A DNA stretch of 64,000 nucleotides from Thermoplasmata archaeon (lineage in GTDB: Archaea; Thermoplasmatota; Thermoplasmata; Lutacidiplasmatales; UBA184). The stretch covers positions 5,098-69,097 of the forward strand of contig DATJUJ010000021.1 of NCBI GenBank assembly GCA_035502475.1, read 5' to 3'. The position numbers were made by a program, and so were the translations under genes. Below the pieces are notes generated by a model. That model saw only the letters and a list, made by a program, of their open reading frames with translations, had not been told where the DNA came from and searched no databases. Shown in pieces: positions 30,466 to 39,690 of this stretch. Within the stretch, counting starts at the first letter, position 1. Each line of letters opens with the position of its first letter.

Positions 30466-32091
30466 TCAGGGTTCGCGGACGAAGCGCTCGATCGACGTCG
30501 CCACGCCGGCGATCAGGTGCGGGTCCGCGCTCTCCTCGGCGTCGTGGATGTGCGCGTTCGGGTCCATGCTGCCGAAGACGAGGGCGGGCAGCGGCTCGCC
30601 CCCCGGCGTCCGCAGCCCCCGGAGCGCGCTCGCGTCGGTGCCGCCGTACTCCCCGAGGATGCCCCGGGCGTGGAGCGTCTCCCGAAGGATCCGCTCCAGC
30701 TTGAGCGCGGCCGGGTGGTCGACCGGGAGCGCGTAGCCCGACCGGCAGCGCCCCGGCGGCGCGTCGATCCGGGCGCTCGGGCTGCGGACCGCGGCCCAGG
30801 AACGGACGTAGGTGAGCGCGGCCTCGAGCCCGCGCGAGAGCTCCATCTCGGGGACCAGCCGGAGGTCGACCGCGAAGCTCGAGGTCCCGGCGGCAGCCCC
30901 CTCGATCCATCCGCGGTCGACCGCCGCGCGGAGGAGGCGCAAGGTCGCGGGCACCGGATTGTGGCCGCGGTGTGGGTAGCCCCCGTGCGCCGCCTCGCCG
31001 ACCAGCTGGAGGGCGCGGGTGCCCGGGATCGGCGCGAGCGCGCTCGCGCCGGCGGGCTCGAGCCGGAACGGCGGGACGAGGAGCGGTTCGAGCCGGGGCG
31101 CGAGGCTCGACAGCATCGGCTCCTCGCCGGAGAACACCAGGGTGACCGCGCGCGCGATCTGGTTCGCCGCGTCGGTCTCGGCGTGGGCGGCGACGAGCCG
31201 GACCGATCCGCCGTCCGGTCGCACGTCGCGCACGTCGAACTGGGTCACGGTCGCTCGGCCGGTGATCACGGGATCGGGGGCATGGCGGTCCGGCCAGTCC
31301 GGCGACGCGTAGACCGAACGCCAGGTGCGGGCGACCTCGTGGAGCCCGACCAGGGCCTCGCCGTAGGCGAGCGCGTCGGTGAGCGGGACCGGGCCGGCGA
31401 ACGAAGCGTCCATGAACGCGACGCCGCTCGAGCCCGCGGTCGTCTCGGGGCTGCCGTCGGGGATGAGCGCCACGTCCGCCATCAGGAACCGGTCGGGGTC
31501 CCCGGGGGGCCGGGCCTCATCGTGGGCCTTGATCGCCTCGATGCCGCCCTCGCCGCCGGTCTCCTCGTCGCAGGCGGCGATGAGGCGCACGTTCGCGGGC
31601 AGCTCCTTCGACTCGGCGAGCCGGCGCATCGCGAGGAGCGACGCGACGACGCCGCTCCCGAGGTCGTCGTTCGCGCCCCGGCCGTAGATCCGGCCGTCGG
31701 AGCGGTACGTGAGCGTGTGGGGTGGGCTCCTCCAGCGGGCGAGCTGCTCGACCGGGACCGGGACGACGTCGTAGTGGGCGAGCACGAGGACCGTGGAGCG
31801 GGCGCCGACGTCGAGGTCGACGATCACGCTCGGGCGCGGGAGCCCGTGAAAGTCGCCGGGCACGTCGCCCGCCACGACCGGGTCGTAGATCCGGGTCGCG
31901 AGGCCGAAGGCGCGGGCGGCCCGCACGATCGCGTCGGACGCCCGGAGGTAGTTCGGCTTCTCCCAGCGGCCGTGGCCCGGGTCCTCGAGGTTCGTCGGGG
32001 CGATCGCGACGAGCTGGGCGAGCAGACGGAACGCCGCCTCGTCGCCGAGCGCCTGGGCCGCTTCGGGGGCCAACGGCGGCGCGTCGGTCAC
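30466..32091 (-). CDS. M20 family metallo-amidohydrolase (DapE/ArgE-like)
   Basis: AHYDVVP, GRGANDDLG, DEETGG, YGGTDA, HIHDAEE. Confidence 0.88.
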   Translation of the reverse strand: MTDAPPLAPEAAQALGDEAAFRLLAQLVAIAPTNLEDPGHGRWEKPNYLRASDAIVRAARAFGLATRIYDPVVAGDVPGDFHGLPRPSVIVDLDVGARSTVLVLAHYDVVPVPVEQLARWRSPPHTLTYRSDGRIYGRGANDDLGSGVVASLLAMRRLAESKELPANVRLIAACDEETGGEGGIEAIKAHDEARPPGDPDRFLMADVALIPDGSPETTAGSSGVAFMDASFAGPVPLTDALAYGEALVGLHEVARTWRSVYASPDWPDRHAPDPVITGRATVTQFDVRDVRPDGGSVRLVAAHAETDAANQIARAVTLVFSGEEPMLSSLAPRLEPLLVPPFRLEPAGASALAPIPGTRALQLVGEAAHGGYPHRGHNPVPATLRLLRAAVDRGWIEGAAAGTSSFAVDLRLVPEMELSRGLEAALTYVRSWAAVRSPSARIDAPPGRCRSGYALPVDHPAALKLERILRETLHARGILGEYGGTDASALRGLRTPGGEPLPALVFGSMDPNAHIHDAEESADPHLIAGVATSIERFVREP

Positions 32092-32101
32092 GGCGGCCCC
32101 C

Positions 32102-33916
32102 TCATCGCAGTGCGAAGGCGATCGCGATCGAGCTGGCGAGCAGGAGCAGGAAGGTCGCGGCGAACATGTTCGTGAACATCGAGAGCGTGTCGCCGAGCGA
32201 GGTCAAAAGCCGAGCGGTGTGACCGGGCCCGAGCACCCGCACGTTGGGCACGTCGACGCTCCCGTACCGGGCGGTCGCCGGGGCCAGGTCCGCGACGGCC
32301 GCGGCCATCACCTCCTTCGCCTCGCGGCAGAACGCCTCGAGCGAGTGGCGCTCGCCGAGGGGGTTGATCCCCCCATCGACCTCGTGGACGACGTGGTTGT
32401 CGGTCGTCATCACCTCGGCGACCGTGACGACGCCCTGCAGTGCGGCGACGATCGGATCGCGCATCTTGACCAGCAGGTTGTTGCCGTCGATGAGCAGGTA
32501 GCCGGTGGTGGTGGTACCGGTCCGGAGGACGAGCGCGCGCATCCCCTGGGGGCCGATGCCGTCGGTCCCGATCGAGTACCCCGAACGGACCGCGACGCCG
32601 ACGGAGATCGGGCCGTCGTGGGCCTGGGCGACGGCGGCGCCGACCGCCGCCCGCGCGTCCCCGAGGAGCTTCTCGGCGGTCGGGGTGCCGTACACGATGT
32701 CGCCCTGGTCCTCCACGTAGGAGTTGTGCGCGTCGATGAGGGCGACCCGGGGGCCCCCGTCCCGCGCGAGCTCCCGGACGATCCGGTCGGCGACGCTGTA
32801 CGCGATGTCGTCGGTCGGGGCCGGTGCCTGGCTCACGATCACGAGCGCGACGTCCCCGAGGAGCTGGGCTCGGGCGATCGCGCCCGGATGGGGGGAGACG
32901 AGCGGGCTCGCCCGGCCGGGGAGGTCCGCGGTGAGCCCGGTCATCACGCTCCGGGCCGCCTCGCCGATGCGCGCGACCTCGGCCTCGGTGGGCAGGTCGA
33001 GGTCGTGGTCGCACGGCGTGTGCGGCACGAGCACGGTGCCGGCGTCCGGTCCCAAGCGCTCGGAGAGCTTCCGGGGCAGGTCGCTCGCGCCGAGCGCCGC
33101 GAACGGACCGGGATGGACCGTCGGCAGCGCGACCGTCGCGTGGACCCGGCCGCCCCGGAAGAAGGCGAGGAGGCTCACCTTGAGGTCGGCGGGGATCGCC
33201 GAGCGGAGGAAGAACCCCTCGAGCTCCGCCGTGGCGTGCGGGTCGCGGCTGCTCACGTGGTCCAGGAGCGGCCGGATGAGCGCAACCCCGGACATCTGGA
33301 ACTCGCGACGCATCGGGCGATCGGACGCCCGGAGGAGCATCAGCGCGGCGAGGAAGGCGATGATGAGGAACGCGACCCCGGCGACGGCCGCCGCCGGGGT
33401 GATCGGGACCAGCGCGAAGAAGCCGAGCAGGTACAGCACCGGCTGGAGCAGCGAGACCACGAGCATCCGCCCGTGGCTGGTCCGGCCGACGCCGTAGACG
33501 CTCATGTGGCGGAACCAGAACATCGGGGCGGCGAGGAACGCGCCCAGCAGCGCGACCGGGGGCACGATCGACGGCCAGGCGTGGAGCGCCGCGATCCAGA
33601 CCAGCGCGATCGGAAGCTGAAGGAGCACGCAGAGCCATGCCAGGAACACGGAACGGTGGAACTCGAACCGGCCGCCCAGGCTCGCCGTGAGCGGGGTGGT
33701 GACACCGGCCGCGATGAGCGCCGGACCGGCGAAGACGAAGATCCAGCCTTCGACGAGGCGCGTCCCGTCCGGGTAGAAGAACAGTAGCGAGAGCGCGAGC
33801 CCGGTCGCGAGGATGAGGCCGACCGCGAGGGGCGGCGATGGGACGCTGAAGAGGAGGTGGCCCCGGCGGACCTCGCGCCGGGCATCGTCCGTCGGGAGGT
33901 CAGTTGCCGCGGGCAT
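32102..33916 (-). CDS. DUF2070-like archaeal membrane protein
   Basis: 604 aa; N-terminal TM bundle, then PTVHPGPF, PHTPCDHD, IDAHN, IDGNN, MTTDNHVV; C-terminal TM. Confidence 0.75.
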   Translation of the reverse strand: MPAATDLPTDDARREVRRGHLLFSVPSPPLAVGLILATGLALSLLFFYPDGTRLVEGWIFVFAGPALIAAGVTTPLTASLGGRFEFHRSVFLAWLCVLLQLPIALVWIAALHAWPSIVPPVALLGAFLAAPMFWFRHMSVYGVGRTSHGRMLVVSLLQPVLYLLGFFALVPITPAAAVAGVAFLIIAFLAALMLLRASDRPMRREFQMSGVALIRPLLDHVSSRDPHATAELEGFFLRSAIPADLKVSLLAFFRGGRVHATVALPTVHPGPFAALGASDLPRKLSERLGPDAGTVLVPHTPCDHDLDLPTEAEVARIGEAARSVMTGLTADLPGRASPLVSPHPGAIARAQLLGDVALVIVSQAPAPTDDIAYSVADRIVRELARDGGPRVALIDAHNSYVEDQGDIVYGTPTAEKLLGDARAAVGAAVAQAHDGPISVGVAVRSGYSIGTDGIGPQGMRALVLRTGTTTTGYLLIDGNNLLVKMRDPIVAALQGVVTVAEVMTTDNHVVHEVDGGINPLGERHSLEAFCREAKEVMAAAVADLAPATARYGSVDVPNVRVLGPGHTARLLTSLGDTLSMFTNMFAATFLLLLASSIAIAFALR

Positions 33917-34667
33917 GCCTCACCTCGGCGAGAATGCTCCGGAAGCCGTCCCCGAGACCCTGCTCCTCGGTGACGGTCCCCGTCACGAGGATGTTCGCTC
34001 CGGCGGCCAGCAGCGGGCCCGCGTCGGCGCCCGAACGGATCCCGCCCCCGACGACGAGGGGGATCGAGAGCGCCGAGCGGACGGCCCGGACCATGGCCGC
34101 CGGGACCGGCGCGGGGGCGCCGGAGCCGGCCTCGAGGTAGACGTAGCGCATCCCGAGGAACTGGGCGGCGAGGGCGTAGCCGGTCGCCCCGTCGAGGTCG
34201 TCCCGGTCCACGGGGTCCGCCTGGCCGACCTCCCCGACGCGCATGCCCGGAGCGATGACCAGGTAGCCGAGCGGGATCGGCTCGAGCCCCATCGCCCGCA
34301 CGACCGGAGCGGCCCGGGCGTGCACGCGGATCACGAGGTCGAGGCGGCGGGAGTTGAGCATGCTCATGAAGAGGACCGCGTCGGCCTCCGGCGCGAGCGA
34401 GCCCGGGCCCTCCGGGAAGATGATCACCGGAACGCTCACGGCGGCCTTCACGGCCTTCGCCGCCTGGCCCATCCCGTCCCGGGAGATCCCGGTCGACCCC
34501 CCCAACAGGATCGCGTCGCTGCCGAGCTCCACGGCCCCGCGGGCGACCGCGGCCGCCCGCTCACCGGGCGACTTGTCGGGGTCGATCAGGGTGAAATGAA
34601 CGGGCCCCCGGGCGAGGCGACCCGCGAGGTACTGCTCGACGCGGCCGGCGGGGCCTGGGGCGCTCAC
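33900..34667 (-). CDS. geranylgeranylglyceryl phosphate synthase
   Basis: GTG 34667; HFTLIDPDK, ILLGGS, VIIFP, ADAVLFMSMLNS, GYLVIAPG, YVYLEAGSGA, VVGGGIRS, VTGT. Confidence 0.93.
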   Translation of the reverse strand: MSAPGPAGRVEQYLAGRLARGPVHFTLIDPDKSPGERAAAVARGAVELGSDAILLGGSTGISRDGMGQAAKAVKAAVSVPVIIFPEGPGSLAPEADAVLFMSMLNSRRLDLVIRVHARAAPVVRAMGLEPIPLGYLVIAPGMRVGEVGQADPVDRDDLDGATGYALAAQFLGMRYVYLEAGSGAPAPVPAAMVRAVRSALSIPLVVGGGIRSGADAGPLLAAGANILVTGTVTEEQGLGDGFRSILAEVRHARGN

Positions 34668-35539
34668 CGGAACGCCACCGCCAGGAAGGCGAACAGGGCG
34701 ACCGTCATCGCGACCTTGCTCATCGTCTGCTCCTGGTGGAGCCGCTCCGGCAGATACCGGACCGACACCCCGAAGACGACGTCCGCCACGGCGACCAGGA
34801 CGAGATACATAATCCCCGCGAGGGTCGTCGGGGGCACGAACCACAGCACCGGGAGCGCGCTGAGGGCGATCGCGGCGATCACCGCGAGGCGGGCCGTCGC
34901 GGTCGCGAACGGCATCCCGAACGACTTCGGGAGCGTCGTGCGACCCACATCGCCCGCGACGTCCTCCATGTCCTTGATGACCTCCCGGCTCAGCGTCGCC
35001 AGGAAGGCCATCGCCGCGAAGGGCGCCAGCAGCACCACCGAACCCCCGACTGCGCCGCCGTAGAGGAACACGAGACCCGTGAGGAGCGCGACGACCGAGT
35101 TCCCCACGAACCCCCGGGCCTTGAACCAGAACTCGTAGCCGAGCAGCGACGCGACGGCGATGGCCAGGATGACCCCGACCAGCGGATAGACGAGGACGAC
35201 CGGCACGACCACCAGGATCCCCACTACGAACAAGCCGGTGGCGAGCCGCTTCGCCGCCCGGACGCTGACCGCGCCGGTCACGAGCGGGCGATCCGGATGG
35301 TTCGTCCGGTCGCCGTCACGGTCGAGGATGTCGTTGAGGACGTTGCCGCCGCCGGTGACGAGGGCGGTCGAGACCGCGGCGAGCACGAGGTCGACCCAGA
35401 ACATCGCGGGGAGGCTCAGCCCGGCCCCGCGGGCCGCGAGGCCCCCGACGATCGTCCCGACGAACGAGACTCCCAGGTTACCGGCCCGAACGAGGCGAAG
35501 GGCCCCCTGCACGCCCGCCGATGGCGGAGCGGCTCGCAT
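34664..35539 (-). CDS. digeranylgeranylglyceryl phosphate synthase (UbiA prenyltransferase)
   Basis: LRLVRAGNL, GNVLNDILDRDGDRTNHPDRPL, REVIKDMEDVAGD; adjacent to GGGP synthase. Confidence 0.9.
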   Translation of the reverse strand: MRAAPPSAGVQGALRLVRAGNLGVSFVGTIVGGLAARGAGLSLPAMFWVDLVLAAVSTALVTGGGNVLNDILDRDGDRTNHPDRPLVTGAVSVRAAKRLATGLFVVGILVVVPVVLVYPLVGVILAIAVASLLGYEFWFKARGFVGNSVVALLTGLVFLYGGAVGGSVVLLAPFAAMAFLATLSREVIKDMEDVAGDVGRTTLPKSFGMPFATATARLAVIAAIALSALPVLWFVPPTTLAGIMYLVLVAVADVVFGVSVRYLPERLHQEQTMSKVAMTVALFAFLAVAFR

Positions 35540-35622
35540 AACGGTTGTGTTTGAGGGGGTCTTTCCCGGCCACCGGTCCCTCCGGTCGCGGGTTATATGC
35601 GGCCTCGGCTGGGGTCCCCCCG

Positions 35623-36942
35623 ATGGTCCGTCCCGGCGTCGCGCGCCCGGCCTTCGTTCGCTTCCGGCTCCCCAACGGATTGCGGGTCCTCTTGGCGCCC
35701 CAGCCCGAGAGCCCGAGCGCGAGCGTCTGGGTCTGGTACCGGGTCGGCTCGAAGAACGAGTGGCCCGGGGTGACCGGGGCCTCGCATTGGGTCGAGCACA
35801 TGCTGTTCGAGGGCTCGCCGCGCTACGGCAAGGGCGCGATCGACCGCGCGGTCGTCAGCGTCGGCGGCGAGCTCAATGCGTTCACGGACACGGACTTCAC
35901 CGCGTACTTCACGACGGTCCCGCGGGAACACCTCGACGTGCCGCTCGACATCGAGTCGGACCGGATGACCCGCGCGCTGATCACCGATGAGGAGGTCGGT
36001 CGGGAGCGCACGGTCATCCACTCCGAGCGCGAAGGGAACGAGAACTGGCCCGAGTTCCGGGTCGAGGAGGAGCTCTACCAGCTGGCGTTCCGCGTCCACC
36101 CGTACCGCTGGGACGCCCTCGGACGGCGGTCCGACATCGAGTCGCTCACGCCCGCCCAGCTGCGGGAATACTACCAACGCTTCTACGGCCCCCGCAACGC
36201 GGTGCTGGTCGTCTCGGGAGGGTTCGATCCGCGCCCGGTGGCCCGCGACATCCGTCGTCGCTTCTCGCGGCTCCCGGCCGCCGGGGACGACGTGGCCGTG
36301 CCCGACGTCGAGCCGGAGGCGCGGGGCGAGCGGCGCGCCGAACTCTCCGGGCCCGGCACCACCCCCTACCTGCAGATCGGCTGGCGCGCCCCCGCGCTCG
36401 ACGATCCGGCGACCCCCGCCACCCTGCTGCTCGACACGATCCTCGGCGGAGAGGCGCGGCTGTTCTCGCCGAGCAGCGGCTGGGGACGGGCGGGCGAACA
36501 CCCGAGCGCCCGGCTCTACCGGGCCCTGGTCGATCCGGGGCTCGCCGTGCGGGCCACGAGCGAGTGGCGCCCCCGGGTCTACCCCGGACTGTTCACGATC
36601 CAGGCCCAGGCCGCGCGCGGGGTCTCGCTCGACCGTCTCGAGGAGGCGATCCACCGCCTCTTGACGCGGTTCGCGCGCACGGGCCCCACGACGACCGAGA
36701 TGGAAGATGTCCGGGCCAAGATCCGGCACGGGGCCGCGCTCGCCTACGAGGGCGCGACGCGCACGGGCTTCCGGCTCGGGTACTTTTCCGTCCTTCGGTC
36801 GCCCGAGTTCGAGGACGAGCTGTACCGCGCGCTGCTCGCGGTCCGGCCCCGCGAGATCGCCGAGCGCGCCCGTGCGACCTTCCGGCCCGAGGCCCGGGTC
36901 GTCGTGCGCTACACCCCGACGGACGAGGTCCCCGATGGGTGA
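35623..36942 (+). CDS. M16B zinc peptidase, catalytic subunit
   Basis: LPNGLRV, VGSKNE, inverted Zn motif HWVEH, NAFT, YGPRNAVLVVSG; TATA-like TTATAT at 35593. Confidence 0.9.
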   Translation: MVRPGVARPAFVRFRLPNGLRVLLAPQPESPSASVWVWYRVGSKNEWPGVTGASHWVEHMLFEGSPRYGKGAIDRAVVSVGGELNAFTDTDFTAYFTTVPREHLDVPLDIESDRMTRALITDEEVGRERTVIHSEREGNENWPEFRVEEELYQLAFRVHPYRWDALGRRSDIESLTPAQLREYYQRFYGPRNAVLVVSGGFDPRPVARDIRRRFSRLPAAGDDVAVPDVEPEARGERRAELSGPGTTPYLQIGWRAPALDDPATPATLLLDTILGGEARLFSPSSGWGRAGEHPSARLYRALVDPGLAVRATSEWRPRVYPGLFTIQAQAARGVSLDRLEEAIHRLLTRFARTGPTTTEMEDVRAKIRHGAALAYEGATRTGFRLGYFSVLRSPEFEDELYRALLAVRPREIAERARATFRPEARVVVRYTPTDEVPDG

Positions 36943-38212
36943 GACCGCGAATCCGCTCCGGGTCGAGTATGCCGGCGACCTCGAGGGGCTCACCGTGGTG
37001 CGGCAGGCGGCGCCCTCCGGCGCGGCCAGTTGCTCGCTCACGTACGTGGGACCGGCGGGGTGGGGCTACGAGTCGGCCGAGCGGGCGGGCATCGCTCGCC
37101 TCGTCAACCAGCTCGCGACGGCCGCGGCGGGTCCGTACGACCGGATCGCCCTCGCCCGTCGACTGGACCGGGTCGGGGCGACCGTCTCGTTCCAGACGGC
37201 TCCCGAGTCGGCCGAGGTCACGCTCTGGGGTCCCGCCGACGAGTGGGAGGCGCTGCTGCGCGTCCTCGCCGAGATGGTGCTCCGGCCGCGGTTCGACCCG
37301 GAGGACATCGAGCGGGTGCGCCGGCAGGCGTTCGAGCGGTCGCTCCGGGAGACGACCCAACCGGCCAGCCGGGCCGACAAGGAGCTCCTCCGCGCGATCT
37401 TTCCCGAAGGACACCCGTACCGGTCGACGGGGATCGGCGAAGCGACCTCGCTGAGACGGGTCCGGCGAGCGGACCTCGAGCGGTTCCATCGGGACCACTA
37501 CTCGAGCGGGGGCGCGCTCCTGGTGGTCACGGGCCCCGCCCGAGCGTCCGCGGTGGTCGCCGCGGCTCGCGGGCACTTCGAGGAGTTCGGGGCGCGCGAC
37601 GCCCCGAAGCTCCGGGTGCCGGTCGTTCGGCCGCCCGGCCCTCGGGTCGAGCGCTCGATCGACCTGCCCGGGCGCGCCCAGGTCGAGTTGCGGATGGGTG
37701 GCTCCTCGATCGCTCGGGGAGCCCCCGAGTATCCGGCGGCGTATCTCGCGAACGAGGTGCTGGGAGGTCGACCGCTCCTGTCGAGGTTGTTCCAGCGGGT
37801 CCGCGAACGCGGGGGCCTGGCCTACCACGCCTCCAGCGCCCTCGAGGCCATGCGCTTCGGCGGCTTCTGGGCCGCCCATGCCGGGACCGGCGCTGACCGA
37901 TGGAGACGGGTCGTGCCGATGGTGCGCTCGGAGATCGCCCGGATCGCCTCGCAGACGGTCCCTCCTGCCGAGTTGAACCGGATCCGCGAGAGCGCGATCG
38001 GCCAGCTCCCCTTGCTGCTCGAGTCTACGTCCGAGGCCCACGAACTTGCGGTGGACCTGGCGTACCACGGATTGCCGTCCGACTACTGGATCACCTGGCC
38101 CGCGACCCTGCGGGCGATCTCGGGTCGGGCCGTGCGCGAAGCCGCCGCGACCGCGATCGACCCCGCCGGTGCGGTGACCGTGCTGGCGGGACCCCTGCGC
38201 CGCCGGCCGTGA
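36935..38212 (+). CDS. M16B peptidase non-catalytic partner subunit
   Basis: No HxxEH; retains HPY, LGG..SRLFQRVRERGGLAY; overlaps the upstream M16 gene. Confidence 0.85.
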   Translation: MGETANPLRVEYAGDLEGLTVVRQAAPSGAASCSLTYVGPAGWGYESAERAGIARLVNQLATAAAGPYDRIALARRLDRVGATVSFQTAPESAEVTLWGPADEWEALLRVLAEMVLRPRFDPEDIERVRRQAFERSLRETTQPASRADKELLRAIFPEGHPYRSTGIGEATSLRRVRRADLERFHRDHYSSGGALLVVTGPARASAVVAAARGHFEEFGARDAPKLRVPVVRPPGPRVERSIDLPGRAQVELRMGGSSIARGAPEYPAAYLANEVLGGRPLLSRLFQRVRERGGLAYHASSALEAMRFGGFWAAHAGTGADRWRRVVPMVRSEIARIASQTVPPAELNRIRESAIGQLPLLLESTSEAHELAVDLAYHGLPSDYWITWPATLRAISGRAVREAAATAIDPAGAVTVLAGPLRRRP

Positions 38213-38289
38213 CCCTGCTCCGTCGATCGCACCGTACCGGTCGGATGCGTTCCCATACGCACATATACGTCCAGTGCAGTCGGGGGACC

Positions 38290-38547
38290 ATGCGGCCTCG
38301 CTCGAGGGTCGAAGCCCCGCCCCAGGGGATGTTGCGCAAGAACATCACCATCACACCGGAAGAGGAGCAGTTCCTCGCCCGGCACCCGGAGATCAACCAG
38401 AGCGCGCTGTTCCGCCAGATCGTGGAGAGCCTGATGCTCGCGGAGCGCTCGCCCAGCGTCGCCTCGACCCAGCAGGTCCGGCTGGGCAAGGCGGTCTACC
38501 GGTCCGGCGCGATCATGTTCCAGAAGCCGGCCGAGCGTCGCCGGTAG
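38290..38547 (+). CDS. small ribbon-helix-helix (CopG-like) DNA-binding protein; start 38290 or 38329
   Basis: RKNITITPEEEQFLARHPEINQSALFRQIVESLM has the alternating beta strand plus two helices pattern. Confidence 0.6.
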   Translation: MRPRSRVEAPPQGMLRKNITITPEEEQFLARHPEINQSALFRQIVESLMLAERSPSVASTQQVRLGKAVYRSGAIMFQKPAERRR

Positions 38548-39364
38548 GTCGCTCCCTCCGCGGCGCCTCCTGATCCCTCAGTCTCGGGCCGAGGCCCGCG
38601 AGGCTGGGGTGGTGCGCATCCTCCGCCCGGGCGAAGACGATCCCCTGCGCCCCGGGCGTCGCGTCGAGGGCCGCGCGGGCGGAAGCGGGCGTCAGCGTCG
38701 CGAGCGCGTGCCGGGAGACGATGTGACCGAACGCCCAGCGCCGGCGCAGCGTGAGGTCGGTGAAGTGCGGGGCATAGTGGCCGCCCCCGATCGCGACGGC
38801 GACCCGGTCGCTCTCGGTCGGTTCGATCCTCGGGATCACCTCCGCGAGCAGGTCGACCGCGGCCGGCGGAGGAGCGTCCGCGGTCCCGTACCCGATCTCC
38901 ACGAAGAACGCGGGAAGTTCGAGGTAGGGCCCGTGGTGCGTCGCCTCGTAGGTCGCCGCCCATCCGATCCCGCCCGCCCGCTCCGCGAGCGCGCGCAACG
39001 TCGCGGCCATCCGAGCCGGGTCGCTCGGGTCCCAGGCGCCGGGCCGCCCTCCGACGTCGGCGTCGGGACCCGGGTTACCCAGGGGATGAACCGTGAGACA
39101 GGGGACGTTCTGTTCGCTCCGGTGGATGGACGGGAAGACGAGGGTCGGACGGAGGGCTTGGAGGGAGGCCGGCAGAAGGGCGTCGAGCCGCTCGTCCTGG
39201 ATATGGAGGCGCGGACGCCTCAGCAGCAACGCGGACCGGCCGAGGCGTCGGATCGGGGCTCCCTCCACGTGATCTTCGGTCGCCGGCGGCGTGCCCCAAC
39301 GGGAGACGACGGCCGCGGCCACGGGGTCGGGCTCGGAGACGACGACCAGGTACTGGTCGCTCAC
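38513..39364 (-). CDS. dtdA: D-aminoacyl-tRNA deacylase, archaeal DTD2 type
   Basis: FPSIHRS, LTVHPLGN, YEATHHGP, FVEIG, GGGHYAP, FGHI. Confidence 0.9.
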   Translation of the reverse strand: MSDQYLVVVSEPDPVAAAVVSRWGTPPATEDHVEGAPIRRLGRSALLLRRPRLHIQDERLDALLPASLQALRPTLVFPSIHRSEQNVPCLTVHPLGNPGPDADVGGRPGAWDPSDPARMAATLRALAERAGGIGWAATYEATHHGPYLELPAFFVEIGYGTADAPPPAAVDLLAEVIPRIEPTESDRVAVAIGGGHYAPHFTDLTLRRRWAFGHIVSRHALATLTPASARAALDATPGAQGIVFARAEDAHHPSLAGLGPRLRDQEAPRRERPTGDARPASGT

Positions 39365-39468
39365 GCCCGGGGGAAGACCGGCGGACTAAAGCGTGGGGGG
39401 CCGAGGGAGTCGGCGGGGCGCGAGCCACGAGAGGCCCCCGACCCGGCCGCTGCGACGGGAGAAGGGGA

Positions 39469-39570
39469 TGCTCCCGGCGGGAGTTTCCCCGCCCGGTGTT
39501 GGCCGGTCGGTTTTGAACCCGCGTCAGAGGCTCGAGAGGCCTCTATCCTTGACCACTAGACTACGGGAGC
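39469..39570 (-). tRNA. tRNA-Glu (anticodon CUC) with an intron in the T-loop; CCA not encoded
   Basis: Acceptor GCTCCCG/CGGGAGC+A, D-arm GTCT-AGTGGTCAA-GGAT, anticodon stem GAGGC/GCCTC with loop CT-CTC-GA, T-stem GCGGG/CCCGC; 73 nt after removing a 29-nt insert. Confidence 0.93.
39483..39511 (-). other. 29-nt tRNA intron at position 59/60 with a BHB motif
   Basis: Intron ACCGACCGGCCAACACCGGGCGGGGAAAC; bulges AAA and ACT flank the helix TTCA/GGAA; removal restores the T-loop TTCAAAT. Confidence 0.85.
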
Positions 39571-39690
39571 GTCCGGGCCCCGGTAGGGACCTCCCTCTTT
39601 GAGCCTTTCGACGGCCGGTGTCGTACGGGGGCCGCGGGCCGGGTTCCGTCCGGCCCGACCGCGCCCGAAGGAGGTAAGAGCCGCCGACCG

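Noticed and set aside
39365-39690. Integrated element (att site) at tRNA-Glu
   Set aside because: No integrase and no duplicated tRNA end found; both flanks are host-like genes.
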